From assembly GCA_963779755.1 (NCBI GenBank), contig CAVZZO010000003.1, positions 640,001 through 704,000 of the forward strand: a stretch of DNA of 64,000 bases, written 5' to 3'. Under the pieces are notes generated by a model. It had not been told where the DNA came from. It saw nothing but the letters and a program-made list of their open reading frames with translations, and made no database searches. This document shows positions 1-8,555 of the stretch, piece after piece (within the stretch, counting starts at the first letter, position 1; every line of letters begins with the position of its first letter). The DNA is from an uncultured Gemmatimonadales bacterium. GTDB lineage: Bacteria; Gemmatimonadota; Gemmatimonadetes; Gemmatimonadales; GWC2-71-9. The translations under genes and the position numbers were made by a program.

Positions 1-411
1 GACGGCGACCTGATCCTGGTCGGAGGCCAGATGCTGCGGTTCCGCCGGCTGGGCTACCCCGGGCCACGGCCGCCGGAACAGGACCAGACGCGGCGGATGG
101 GCAGCCTGCTACCGGGGGCCGACATTGCCTCGCTGACGCAGCTGCGCAGCGACGGCAGCTCGCGCGATGTCCTCCACCTCTCCCCCGGCCGGACGCTGAG
201 CCTGGGGCGGGAACAGGGTGAGTGGCAGTTCCCCTACGACCCGTCGATGAGCGCGCTGCACGCGTCCGTCCGCAGCGAGGATGCCGATTTCGTGCTGCTC
301 GACCTGGGCAGCCGCAACGGCATCGCGGTGGCCTTGCGGACCGAGGCCTCGTTGCGCAGCGGCAGCCGTCTTCTGGTGGGCGACCAGCTCCTGCGGGTGG
401 AGTTCTCGTGA
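1..411 (+). CDS. FHA domain-containing protein (5'-truncated by window edge, probably tandem FHA)
   Basis: Frame open from base 1 (DGDLILVGGQ, end of one FHA); then LSLGR...MSALHA...DLGSRNG...LLVGDQLL FHA motifs. Confidence 0.85.
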   Translation, partial: DGDLILVGGQMLRFRRLGYPGPRPPEQDQTRRMGSLLPGADIASLTQLRSDGSSRDVLHLSPGRTLSLGREQGEWQFPYDPSMSALHASVRSEDADFVLLDLGSRNGIAVALRTEASLRSGSRLLVGDQLLRVEFS

Positions 412-665
412 AGTTCTGCCCGGTCTGCGGGACGGAATACGCCGAAGAGGTCAAGTTCTGCCCGCGCGACGGGCACACCACGCGCTCGTTCGACCCGGCG
501 GCCGATCCGGTCGGCCGGGGGGGCGCCGCGCCCCACGATTCGCAATTCTCCCGGCAGGTTCCGGCGTCGGCGGCGCTCCGCTGGATTCGCGAAGCCACCC
601 GGCTCGCCCCCGCCAACGTGTATTATCAGCACGCGTTGCAGACGCTGTCGGCCACTCTCCATTGA
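408..665 (+). CDS. small zinc-ribbon protein (possible internally deleted Ser/Thr kinase remnant)
   Basis: GTG overlapping the upstream TGA; MKFCPVCGTEY...KFCPRDG zinc-ribbon-like motif; 85 aa. Confidence 0.6.
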   Translation: MKFCPVCGTEYAEEVKFCPRDGHTTRSFDPAADPVGRGGAAPHDSQFSRQVPASAALRWIREATRLAPANVYYQHALQTLSATLH

Positions 666-673
666 GGAGTCCC

Positions 674-1687
674 GTGCCCACCGGTCCCGTGCAGGTCACC
701 GTCTTCGGCAAGACCGACCTCGGTCGCACGCGCGATCACAACGAGGACACGTTCCTCGTTGCCGATCTCACCCGCGGCAAGGCCAACCTCCAGCCCGAGG
801 TGCGGCAGCACGAGGTGGGGCCCCGCGGCTCCCTGTTCATGGTGGCCGACGGCATGGGCGGCGCGGCGGCGGGCGAGGTCGCCAGCTCCATGGCGGCCGA
901 CAGCATCTATCAGCATCTCGCGACCGCCTGGGCCGACGATCCCGACGGCAGCGGCCAGCGTTTCGCCTATCGGATCAAGGAAGCGGTGGAGCTGGCCAAC
1001 CGGCGGATTCACGAATACGCGCAGGAGCATCCCGAGGTGCGGGGCATGGGCACGACGGTAACCGCCGCCGGCGTCTTCGGCGCCGATCTCTACCTGGCCC
1101 AGATCGGCGACAGCCGGGCCTACCTTGTCCGCCAGGGCAAGACCATCCAGCTCACCAAGGACCAGTCGCTCATGCAGCGGCTGGTGGAAGCGGGCGAGTT
1201 GACGGAGGAAGAGGCGGAACAGAGCGAACGCCGCAATATCATCCTCCAGGCGCTGGGCCCCGAGGCGCGCGTCAAGGTCGATCTGACCTATCAGCCTATC
1301 TCCCGGGGCGATGTCCTGGTGATCTGCTCCGACGGCCTTTCCAATCAGGTCAAGCGCGACGAGATGGCCGAACTGGTGGGCCGGCATCCCGACCTGGTGG
1401 AGCTGTGCAGCGTGCTCATCGACCTCGCCAACCAGCGCGGCGGGCCCGACAATATCACGGCCGTGGCCGCCCGGTTCGACGGCGAGGGCCTGGCGGAGCC
1501 GTCCAGCGGATCGGCCGGGTATCAGGTGTATCCGCTGGGCGAAGGCGACGCCACCACCGAACCGGTGCCGATCTACACCGGCAGCCCCCTGCCGCGCAGC
1601 CGGCGGCAGAAAATCCAGCGGGCCGTCCTGCTCTCCACGCTGGCGTTCCTCCTGGCGCTGGCCGCCTGGCTCCTGCTCCGCCGCTGA
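674..1687 (+). CDS. PP2C/Stp1-family Ser/Thr protein phosphatase with C-terminal TM helix
   Basis: GAGGAG SD then GTG at 674; RDHNED, VADGMGG, MGTT, IGDSR, CSDGL, GPDNIT motifs. Confidence 0.92.
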   Translation: MPTGPVQVTVFGKTDLGRTRDHNEDTFLVADLTRGKANLQPEVRQHEVGPRGSLFMVADGMGGAAAGEVASSMAADSIYQHLATAWADDPDGSGQRFAYRIKEAVELANRRIHEYAQEHPEVRGMGTTVTAAGVFGADLYLAQIGDSRAYLVRQGKTIQLTKDQSLMQRLVEAGELTEEEAEQSERRNIILQALGPEARVKVDLTYQPISRGDVLVICSDGLSNQVKRDEMAELVGRHPDLVELCSVLIDLANQRGGPDNITAVAARFDGEGLAEPSSGSAGYQVYPLGEGDATTEPVPIYTGSPLPRSRRQKIQRAVLLSTLAFLLALAAWLLLRR

Positions 1688-1697
1688 CCCCGCCACC

Positions 1698-3116
1698 GTG
1701 AAGATCGTCCTCACCTTTCGCTCGGGAGCGCGCGCGGGCCAGAGCGAGACGCTGGCCCTGCCCTACATCCAGATCGGGCGCCACCCGCAGTGCGATGTGC
1801 GCTTCGACAGCGAACGGGATCTCGACGTCTCCGCCCGGCACGCGGCCATCGTCCGCAGCGGCGAGCTCTACCTGCTCCGCGATCTGGGCAGCACCAACGG
1901 CACCTGGATCAACGGCGAACGCCTGGGCGCCGACCACGTGCTGGCTCACGGCGATGTCATCCGCTTCGGACGCGAGGGACCGGCCCTCGAGGTCCGGCTG
2001 CAACGGCCGCCGGGCCCGGTGCCGGCCGCGGCGACTCCGGCGGCCGCGACACCGGTTCCCGGCACCGTGGCGACCCCGGCCCCCCCGTCGCACCATCTCC
2101 GCCCTACCCCCGCGGAGCACACGGTTCGGGTGGAGCGGGAAGTCGCGCGTCAGACGGCCACGCTGCGGCGCACCTCGCTCATGCTCCTGCTGTTGCTGGC
2201 GGTCCTGGGCGGCGCCTACCTCTGGCAGGGCCTACGCAGCGCCGCACGGGTGCGGCAGGAGCGGGCGCGGCTGCTGCAGGGGGTGGACAGCCTCTCGGCC
2301 GCGCTGGCCGGCGTGACGGTGCGGGTGAGTTCGCTGCAGGGCGCGCTCGATTCTGCCGCCCGGGAGACCAGCCGCCTGCGGCAGGACATCGGCCGGGGAG
2401 GCAGTGTGGAGGAGCTGAACCGGTTGCGGCGCCGGCTGGAGACGGCGCAGCAGCGCCAGAGCCGGCTGGCCAGCGCCGCCACGCTGGATGCGGCCGGCAT
2501 CAGCGCGGCGAACATCGACGCCGTGTGCGTCGTCCTGGTGCAGTTCCCCGACGGGAGCACCGCGAGCGGGTCGGGTTTCGCCGTGGCCTCCAACGGCAAT
2601 GCCGGCCTGGTGCTGACCAACCGCCACGTGGTGGTGGCGCCCGACGGCGGCCGGCCCAGCCGGATCGGGGTGATCTTCAACGGCAGCAACCAGAACTTCC
2701 AGGCGCAGCTGCTGGCGGTGCACGGCGACAGCACGGCGGACGTCGCGCTGCTCCGCGTCCCGGTGCGCCGCGGCGTTCCCGTAGTGAAGGGGCTGGTGAC
2801 GGCGTCGCCGCCCGTCCGCACCGGCGATGCCGTCGCCGTGCTGGGCTACCCGCTGGGCTTCCAGATGGAGATGGGAGAAGACTGGCGCACCGTGGGCGTC
2901 TCGGCCGCGCTGAGCACCGGGATCGTCAGCAAGAGCCTGCCCGAGCGCCTGGTGATCGTCGGGTACGGGGCGCCCGGCGCCAGCGGCAGTCCGGTGTTCA
3001 ACCGGGAGGGGCAAGTGGTGGGGATCCTCGTCGGCGGACAGGGGGAGAGCAACGGCCGCATCGTGCTGGCGGTGCCGATCAAGTACGGGCTGGAGCTGCT
3101 GCCGCGGATGGAGTGA
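1698..3116 (+). CDS. FHA + TM + coiled-coil + trypsin-like serine protease
   Basis: IGRHP..VSARHA..DLGSTNGT FHA; hydrophobic TM; TNRHVV, DVALL, GASGSP catalytic triad motifs. Confidence 0.88.
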   Translation: MKIVLTFRSGARAGQSETLALPYIQIGRHPQCDVRFDSERDLDVSARHAAIVRSGELYLLRDLGSTNGTWINGERLGADHVLAHGDVIRFGREGPALEVRLQRPPGPVPAAATPAAATPVPGTVATPAPPSHHLRPTPAEHTVRVEREVARQTATLRRTSLMLLLLLAVLGGAYLWQGLRSAARVRQERARLLQGVDSLSAALAGVTVRVSSLQGALDSAARETSRLRQDIGRGGSVEELNRLRRRLETAQQRQSRLASAATLDAAGISAANIDAVCVVLVQFPDGSTASGSGFAVASNGNAGLVLTNRHVVVAPDGGRPSRIGVIFNGSNQNFQAQLLAVHGDSTADVALLRVPVRRGVPVVKGLVTASPPVRTGDAVAVLGYPLGFQMEMGEDWRTVGVSAALSTGIVSKSLPERLVIVGYGAPGASGSPVFNREGQVVGILVGGQGESNGRIVLAVPIKYGLELLPRME

Positions 3117-3303
3117 CGGGAAGAGGACGGGAAGAGGACGGGAAGAAGACGGGAGAAAGACGGGAGGAGGACAACAGGACCAGAAAAAGATTCCAGGCAT
3201 GTCCCTCGTTCCCGTCGTCCTCGCCTTTCTCCCGTCTTTCTCCCGTCTTTCTCCCGTCTTTCTCCCGTCTTTCTTCCCGTCTTTCTCCCGTCTTTCTCCC
3301 GTC
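3115..3303. repeat. inverted tandem repeat, 11-nt unit GACGGGAGAAA / TTTCTCCCGTC
   Basis: 5 units at 3115-3169 and 7 reverse-complement units at 3226-3303, between convergent stops. Confidence 0.95.
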
Positions 3304-3306
3304 CTA

Positions 3307-4932
3307 CTAGACCAGCAACACCCAGCCGATCGCCAGCGTCCCCCCCAGGATCGCTACCACCCACAACAGCCATCTCACCCCGTCCTCTTTCCACCGGTCC
3401 AGCGCGTCCAGGCCGGTACGCACCCGGGACGGTCCCCAGGCGCCGGCGGGACGCACCTTCTCGTAGAAGCGGTCCAGCACCGGTGCCGGCTCCGCCGGGG
3501 TGAGGAACAGCACCGGCAGCCACACCGCCGCCGCTCCGAAGGTGGTCACCACCAGCCGGGTACCGAACGACCAGGGCTGGAACGAGGCGTACACCGCCAG
3601 GCCCAGCCCGGCCACCAGGGCCGCGATCTCCGCCCACGCATTCACCCGCCACCAGAACCAGCGCAGCAGCAGCAGGGCCCCGGTGCCGCTCCCGATCAGG
3701 ATCATGAACCGGAACACCTGGCCCACGCTCTCCATGTAGAAGGAGACGGCCGCCGCGAGCAACGTGATGCCGACACTGGCCCAGCGTGCCGCAGCCAGCA
3801 GCCGCCGCTCGTCGCGCTCGCCGCTGAACCGGGCATAGAGGTCGTGCACCAGGTAGCTGGCTCCCCAGTTCACCTGGGTGGAGACGGTGGACATGAAGGC
3901 CGCGACCAGGCTCGCCACCACCAGGCCCAGCAGGCCGGTGGGCAGATACCGTGTCATGAGCATCGGGTAGGCCAGCTCGGGGTCGGCCAGGCCGGGGAGA
4001 ATCACCAGCGCCGCCAGGCCCACGAGGACCCAGGGCCAGGTGCGCACCACGTAGTTGAGCAGGTTGAAGGCATGCGCCGCCTTCCGCGCCTCGCGCTCGT
4101 CCGCCGTCGAGGCGAGCCGTTGAACGAACATCCCGCCGCCGTCGCTGTTGCGGAACGCCCACCACTGGATGCATACGTAGCCCAGGAAGGTCCCCAGGGG
4201 CATGAGAGCATCGGAGCCCACCGGCACCAGCTCCAGGCGGTTGCCCTGGCCCGATGCCCGCAACGACGAGACCAGCGCGCCCAGGCCACCCACCTCGTGC
4301 AACGCGTAGCCCATCACCAGCAACGCGCCGCCCAGCGAGAGGATGTACTGGATGAAGTCGGTGGCCACCACGCCCCAGAGGCCCGAGGCCGCGGTATAGA
4401 TCAGGACGATCAGCACGATGGGCAGGATGGCCCACAGGCGTGGGTCACCGGGGAGGCCGGGCAGGCGATCCAGCACGCCCAGGGCCACCACGACCTTCCG
4501 CATGGCCAGCATGCCGTAGCCGATGCCGATGCAGTTGAGCGGGACCGCGTAGAAGAAGGCGCGCAGCCCCCGGAGCCAGGCGGCCGGCGCCCCGCCGTAG
4601 CGCAGCTCGGTCAGCTCCATGTCGGTCATCACGCCGGAGCGCCGCCAGAGCTTGGCCAGCACCACCGCCAGCAGCACGTGAGCCAGCGCGAAGCTCCACC
4701 ACTCCCAGTTGCCGGCGACGCCGGCCTTCGCCACCCGGCCGGCGACATAGAGCGGCGTGTCCACGTTGAAGGTGGTGGCCGCCATCGATGTGGCCGCCAG
4801 CCACCAGGGAATGGCCCGGCCGCCGACCAGGAATTCGGCCACATTGCGGGCGCCGCGCCGGGCCATAAAGACGCCCAGCGCCAGGGTGAAGGCGAGATAC
4901 CCCGCCAGGATCGCCCAGTCGAGGCCGCTCAT
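3307..4932 (-). CDS. sodium:solute symporter family transporter
   Basis: MSGLDWAILAGY start overlapping nagZ stop; GGRAIPWWLAATSMAATTF and GLWGVVATD SSS motifs; many TM helices. Confidence 0.9.
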   Translation of the reverse strand: MSGLDWAILAGYLAFTLALGVFMARRGARNVAEFLVGGRAIPWWLAATSMAATTFNVDTPLYVAGRVAKAGVAGNWEWWSFALAHVLLAVVLAKLWRRSGVMTDMELTELRYGGAPAAWLRGLRAFFYAVPLNCIGIGYGMLAMRKVVVALGVLDRLPGLPGDPRLWAILPIVLIVLIYTAASGLWGVVATDFIQYILSLGGALLVMGYALHEVGGLGALVSSLRASGQGNRLELVPVGSDALMPLGTFLGYVCIQWWAFRNSDGGGMFVQRLASTADEREARKAAHAFNLLNYVVRTWPWVLVGLAALVILPGLADPELAYPMLMTRYLPTGLLGLVVASLVAAFMSTVSTQVNWGASYLVHDLYARFSGERDERRLLAAARWASVGITLLAAAVSFYMESVGQVFRFMILIGSGTGALLLLRWFWWRVNAWAEIAALVAGLGLAVYASFQPWSFGTRLVVTTFGAAAVWLPVLFLTPAEPAPVLDRFYEKVRPAGAWGPSRVRTGLDALDRWKEDGVRWLLWVVAILGGTLAIGWVLLV

Positions 4933-6320
4933 GCCGTCCAGGCCGCCAGCCGCCCTGCGACCGCCCGTTGCATCAGCATCTGGCGATGCCAGGCCACCAG
5001 CACCGGCAGCCCCGGGGGGAAGGTCCGCGCCAGCCGCGGATGGCCGAAGAGCACCGCGAGATCGGCCTGCGCCTCCGTCACCGCCGCCGCCGCCTCGGGT
5101 GAGAGCCCCGCCCTGCCCTTCCATCCCCGGGGCTCGGCGGCAACCACCAGCACGCGGGAACCGCCGCTTCCCGGCCCGCAGCCGGCAGCGGCCAGCAGCC
5201 GGTCGAGCAGGAGGGGCGGCGAGGGGGGCCAGGGGCCGCCCAGATCGTCGTCGATCAGCTGCAGCTCGAGCGGCCCCCGAAGTGTCGGCCGGTCTCCCGC
5301 CAGTCCGGCCTTCAGCAGGGCATCGGCCATGGCAGCCGCCAGGGCGGCGGGGTCGCCCGCGAGAGGGGGGGGCGGCAGCGAGGCCCTCTCCAGGGCTTGA
5401 TCGTAGCGGGACAGCGACTGCCCCAGGCGGCCGTCGGGAAGCGCCCGCGGGGCGCCCAGCGCCCGCGCCGCTGCCGCGGGTCCGTCCGGATAGAGCAGCA
5501 GATCGCAGCCGGCGCGGACCGCCGCCAGCGCCGTTTCGCCGGGCGGGCGCCCGCCCGCCGCTCCCATGATCAGGGCATCGGTCACGATGAGCCCGTCGAA
5601 GCCGTCGCGCCGCAGCCGCCGGAGGATGGGGGCGGAGAAGGTGGCCGGTGCGCCCGACGGGTCGAGCGCGGGAACGGCAAGATGCCCGGTCATCACGGCC
5701 GCCACCTTCGCGCGGATCCCCGCGCGGAAGGGCAGCAGATCCGCCGCTTCCAGCTGGGCCGGAGTTGCGGGTACGACGGGAACCTCCAGGTGCGAGTCGC
5801 TCCTGGTGCGGCCGTGCCCCGGGTAGTGCTTGACACAGGCCAGCGCTCCCGACGCCTGGCAGGATTCGACCCAGGCCGCGACGCAGTCCGCCACCGCCGC
5901 GGGATCGGCCCCGAAGGAACGGCTCTGCACGATGGGATTCTCCGGCTCGATATCCAGATCGGCCACGGGAGCCAGCACCCAGTTGACGCCCACCGACCGC
6001 GCCTCCGCCGCGGTGATGGCCGCCGCCCGGGTGACCGCCGGACGGCCCAGGGTGGCGAGCGCGCCCGGCGGCGGAAGATCGGTCAACCCGGCGAACTGCT
6101 GGCCCGCGCCGCGCTCCAGGTCTGCCGCGAGGAGCAGCTCCCGGCCGGCCCGCTCGCGCAGCCCGGCGGTCAGGGCGCGCACCGCCTCTGCCGTTCCGCC
6201 GAAGATGATGAACCCGCCGGCGCCGGACTCGAGCGCAGCGGCGATCGCTTCGCGCTCGTGCCCGAAGCCGCTCTCCGGCCGCCAGCGCAGCGCCGGAAGG
6301 ACCAGCCGTCCCGCGGTCAC
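4929..6320 (-). CDS. nagZ: GH3 beta-N-acetylglucosaminidase (NagZ-like)
   Basis: ADLERG, LAPVAD, RSFG, KHYPGHG..DSH, VTDAL motifs. Confidence 0.85.
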   Translation of the reverse strand: MTAGRLVLPALRWRPESGFGHEREAIAAALESGAGGFIIFGGTAEAVRALTAGLRERAGRELLLAADLERGAGQQFAGLTDLPPPGALATLGRPAVTRAAAITAAEARSVGVNWVLAPVADLDIEPENPIVQSRSFGADPAAVADCVAAWVESCQASGALACVKHYPGHGRTRSDSHLEVPVVPATPAQLEAADLLPFRAGIRAKVAAVMTGHLAVPALDPSGAPATFSAPILRRLRRDGFDGLIVTDALIMGAAGGRPPGETALAAVRAGCDLLLYPDGPAAAARALGAPRALPDGRLGQSLSRYDQALERASLPPPPLAGDPAALAAAMADALLKAGLAGDRPTLRGPLELQLIDDDLGGPWPPSPPLLLDRLLAAAGCGPGSGGSRVLVVAAEPRGWKGRAGLSPEAAAAVTEAQADLAVLFGHPRLARTFPPGLPVLVAWHRQMLMQRAVAGRLAAWTA

Positions 6321-7435
6321 GCGGGCGTGACCGATCCCAGCAGCCGGAACCCTCGCGCGCCGGTGGCCGACGGCAGGTTGCCGGGCTGCTCCTGCAGCAG
6401 GAGATACCCCAGCAGGGCGAACGCGACCGCTTCCTTCGCGTCGCCGGAGAAGAACAGTTCGTCGAAGCGGCGCAGCGCCGGCGGCTCGCCCCGGGCGTCG
6501 CGCAGGTGTTGCGCCAGCGACGCCATGAGCAACGGGTGGTGACAGCCGCCACCGGAGACCACCACCTCGGGTGTGCCGGGGACCCAGCGGCGGATGGCCT
6601 GCACGATGCTGCGGGCGGTCAGCTCCACCGCGGTGGCCACGCCGTCGGGACCGGGAACCCGGGCGAAGAGCGACCGCGCGTAGGCCTGGCCGAATCGTTC
6701 GCGGCCGGTACTCTTGGGGGGCGCCTGCTCGAAGTAGGGGTCGGCCAGCAACTGGGCCAGGAGCGCCTCGGCTGGCGCTCCCTGGGAGGCGAGCAGGCCG
6801 TCGCGGTCGTACGGCAGAGCGGGATCGTTGAGGCGGGCGACCTCGTCGATGATCGCCACACCGGGCCCGGTATCGAGCGCGAAGGCGCCTTCGAGCTGGC
6901 CCCGGCGCTCCACATAGGTCAGGTTGGCCATGCCGCCGACGTTGAGCAGCACCCGCGCCTGATCGTCGGCCCCGAAGAGCAGCACATCGGCCATGGGCAC
7001 CAGCGGCGCCCCGTGCCCCCCGGCGGCGACGTCCCGCGAACGGAAGTCGCTGATGACGCGCACGCCGAAGCGCTCGGCGAGAATCGCCGGCTCGCCCAGC
7101 TGCCAGCTCACCAGCGGGGGCTCATGCCAGATGGTCTGGCCGGGGAAGGCGATGAACGCCAGCTGGGAGGGGGAGACCCGGCTCTCGGCCAGGAGCATCT
7201 CGACGGCCTGTGCCGCCCATTCGGCCACGTGCGCATGCAGCCGGGCCAGCTCGGGCACGGAGGCTTCGGAGACGGCGCGGAGCAGCTCCTCGCGCTCGAT
7301 CGCTGCATAGGGCCGGCAGGCGTAGCGGACCAGTTCCACGTCGCCCGGGCCGCCGATCCGCACCAGCGCCGCATCGACGCCGTCCAGCGACGTGCCCGAC
7401 ATGAGCCCGACCGCCAGCTGGGACACCGAGCTCAT
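6317..7435 (-). CDS. anmK: anhydro-N-acetylmuramic acid kinase
   Basis: GLMSGTSLDGVD, GQTIWH, DFRSRDVAAGGHGAPL, NVGGMAN, PPKSTGRE, KEAVAFA. Confidence 0.95.
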   Translation of the reverse strand: MSSVSQLAVGLMSGTSLDGVDAALVRIGGPGDVELVRYACRPYAAIEREELLRAVSEASVPELARLHAHVAEWAAQAVEMLLAESRVSPSQLAFIAFPGQTIWHEPPLVSWQLGEPAILAERFGVRVISDFRSRDVAAGGHGAPLVPMADVLLFGADDQARVLLNVGGMANLTYVERRGQLEGAFALDTGPGVAIIDEVARLNDPALPYDRDGLLASQGAPAEALLAQLLADPYFEQAPPKSTGRERFGQAYARSLFARVPGPDGVATAVELTARSIVQAIRRWVPGTPEVVVSGGGCHHPLLMASLAQHLRDARGEPPALRRFDELFFSGDAKEAVAFALLGYLLLQEQPGNLPSATGARGFRLLGSVTPA

Positions 7436-8352
7436 GCGCGGCTCCCGGGAGGATCGCCCACCACGGGCCGGAGCCGTCCTCCCGACTGCGCCAGCAGCTG
7501 CTCCGCCTCCTCCGTGCTCACGCCTCGCCTGGCCATGACAATGGCCGTCTTGACACTGCCACCCGCCGCGTCGATGACCGCGCGGGCGCCGGCCCGGTCC
7601 AGGCCCGTCGTCTCCATGACGATGCGCTCGGAGCGGTCCACCAGCTTCTCACTCCAGGCCTGCAGGTCCACCATCAGGTTGCCGTAGACCTTGCCCAGCC
7701 GGATCATCGCCCCGGTGCTCAGCAGGTTCAGCACCAGCTTGGTGGCGGTGCCCGCCTTCATGCGGGTGGAGCCGGCGATGACCTCGGGGCCGGTCAGCAC
7801 CGTGATGCAGACGTCGCAGGTATCGCGCAGTACGGCCGGGGGCTCGGAGCAGGACAGGAACACGGTGCGCGCTCCCAGGGCCTGCGCTCGCCCCAGCGCC
7901 GCGCGCACGTAGGGCGTGGTCCCGCTGGCGGCGATCCCCACCACGGTGTCGCGAGTAGAGACCCGGTGCCCGTCCATGGCGGCGATCCCGGTATTGACGT
8001 CGTCCTCCGCACCCTCGGCGCTCTTCACCAGCGCGGGAAAGCCGCCGGCAATGATCCCCACCACCATCTCCGGCGGCGTCCGGAAGGTGGGCGGACATTC
8101 CGACGCGTCGAGCACGCCCAGGCGGCCGCTGGTGCCGGCGCCGATATAGAGCAGCCTGCCGCCCTGACGGAAGCTCTGCTCGATGAGCTCGATGGCCCAG
8201 GCAATCTCGGTGCGGGCCCGGGCGACGGCGGCGGGAACGGTGGCGTCCTCGGCGGAGATCAGGTCGACGATCTCGAGCGCCCCCGCCTGATCGATGGCGC
8301 CGGTGCGGGGGTTGCGCTGCTCGGTGAGTCGCGGATCGCGGATGTCGTTCAT
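7432..8352 (-). CDS. murQ: N-acetylmuramic acid 6-phosphate etherase
   Basis: TEQRNP, GAGTSGRLGVLDASECPPTF, GSTRMKAGTATK. Confidence 0.96.
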   Translation of the reverse strand: MNDIRDPRLTEQRNPRTGAIDQAGALEIVDLISAEDATVPAAVARARTEIAWAIELIEQSFRQGGRLLYIGAGTSGRLGVLDASECPPTFRTPPEMVVGIIAGGFPALVKSAEGAEDDVNTGIAAMDGHRVSTRDTVVGIAASGTTPYVRAALGRAQALGARTVFLSCSEPPAVLRDTCDVCITVLTGPEVIAGSTRMKAGTATKLVLNLLSTGAMIRLGKVYGNLMVDLQAWSEKLVDRSERIVMETTGLDRAGARAVIDAAGGSVKTAIVMARRGVSTEEAEQLLAQSGGRLRPVVGDPPGSRA

Positions 8353-8367
8353 CGGATTGATGTCCTG

Positions 8368-8434
8368 TCGACCCTCTCGACCCTCTCGACCGGTCTGGAA
8401 GGGTCGCGGGGGTCGAGAACGTCGAGGGGGTCAA
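8368..8434. repeat. inverted tandem repeat, 9-nt unit TCGACCCTC
   Basis: TCGACCCTC x2 + TCGACC, then degenerate GGGGGTCGA-type units; same unit as 45544. Confidence 0.8.
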
Positions 8435-8555
8435 GGTCCGGCGCGGCCGAATGGAGTCGGGTCATCCGTGCAGTCTGGGCATTACATTACCTTTGTCCGG
8501 TCCCCGCGGCAATCGCCGGTTCAGCCATCTCAACCTCTCACCTCCGAGATCCAGC

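Noticed and set aside
3115..3303. Repeat arrays as CRISPR
   Set aside because: Units are 7-11 nt, directly tandem with no unique spacers, and no cas genes are present.
3307..6552. 1081-aa ORF as one fused protein
   Set aside because: Only the last 541 aa are the symporter; the rest is an alternate frame over nagZ and anmK.
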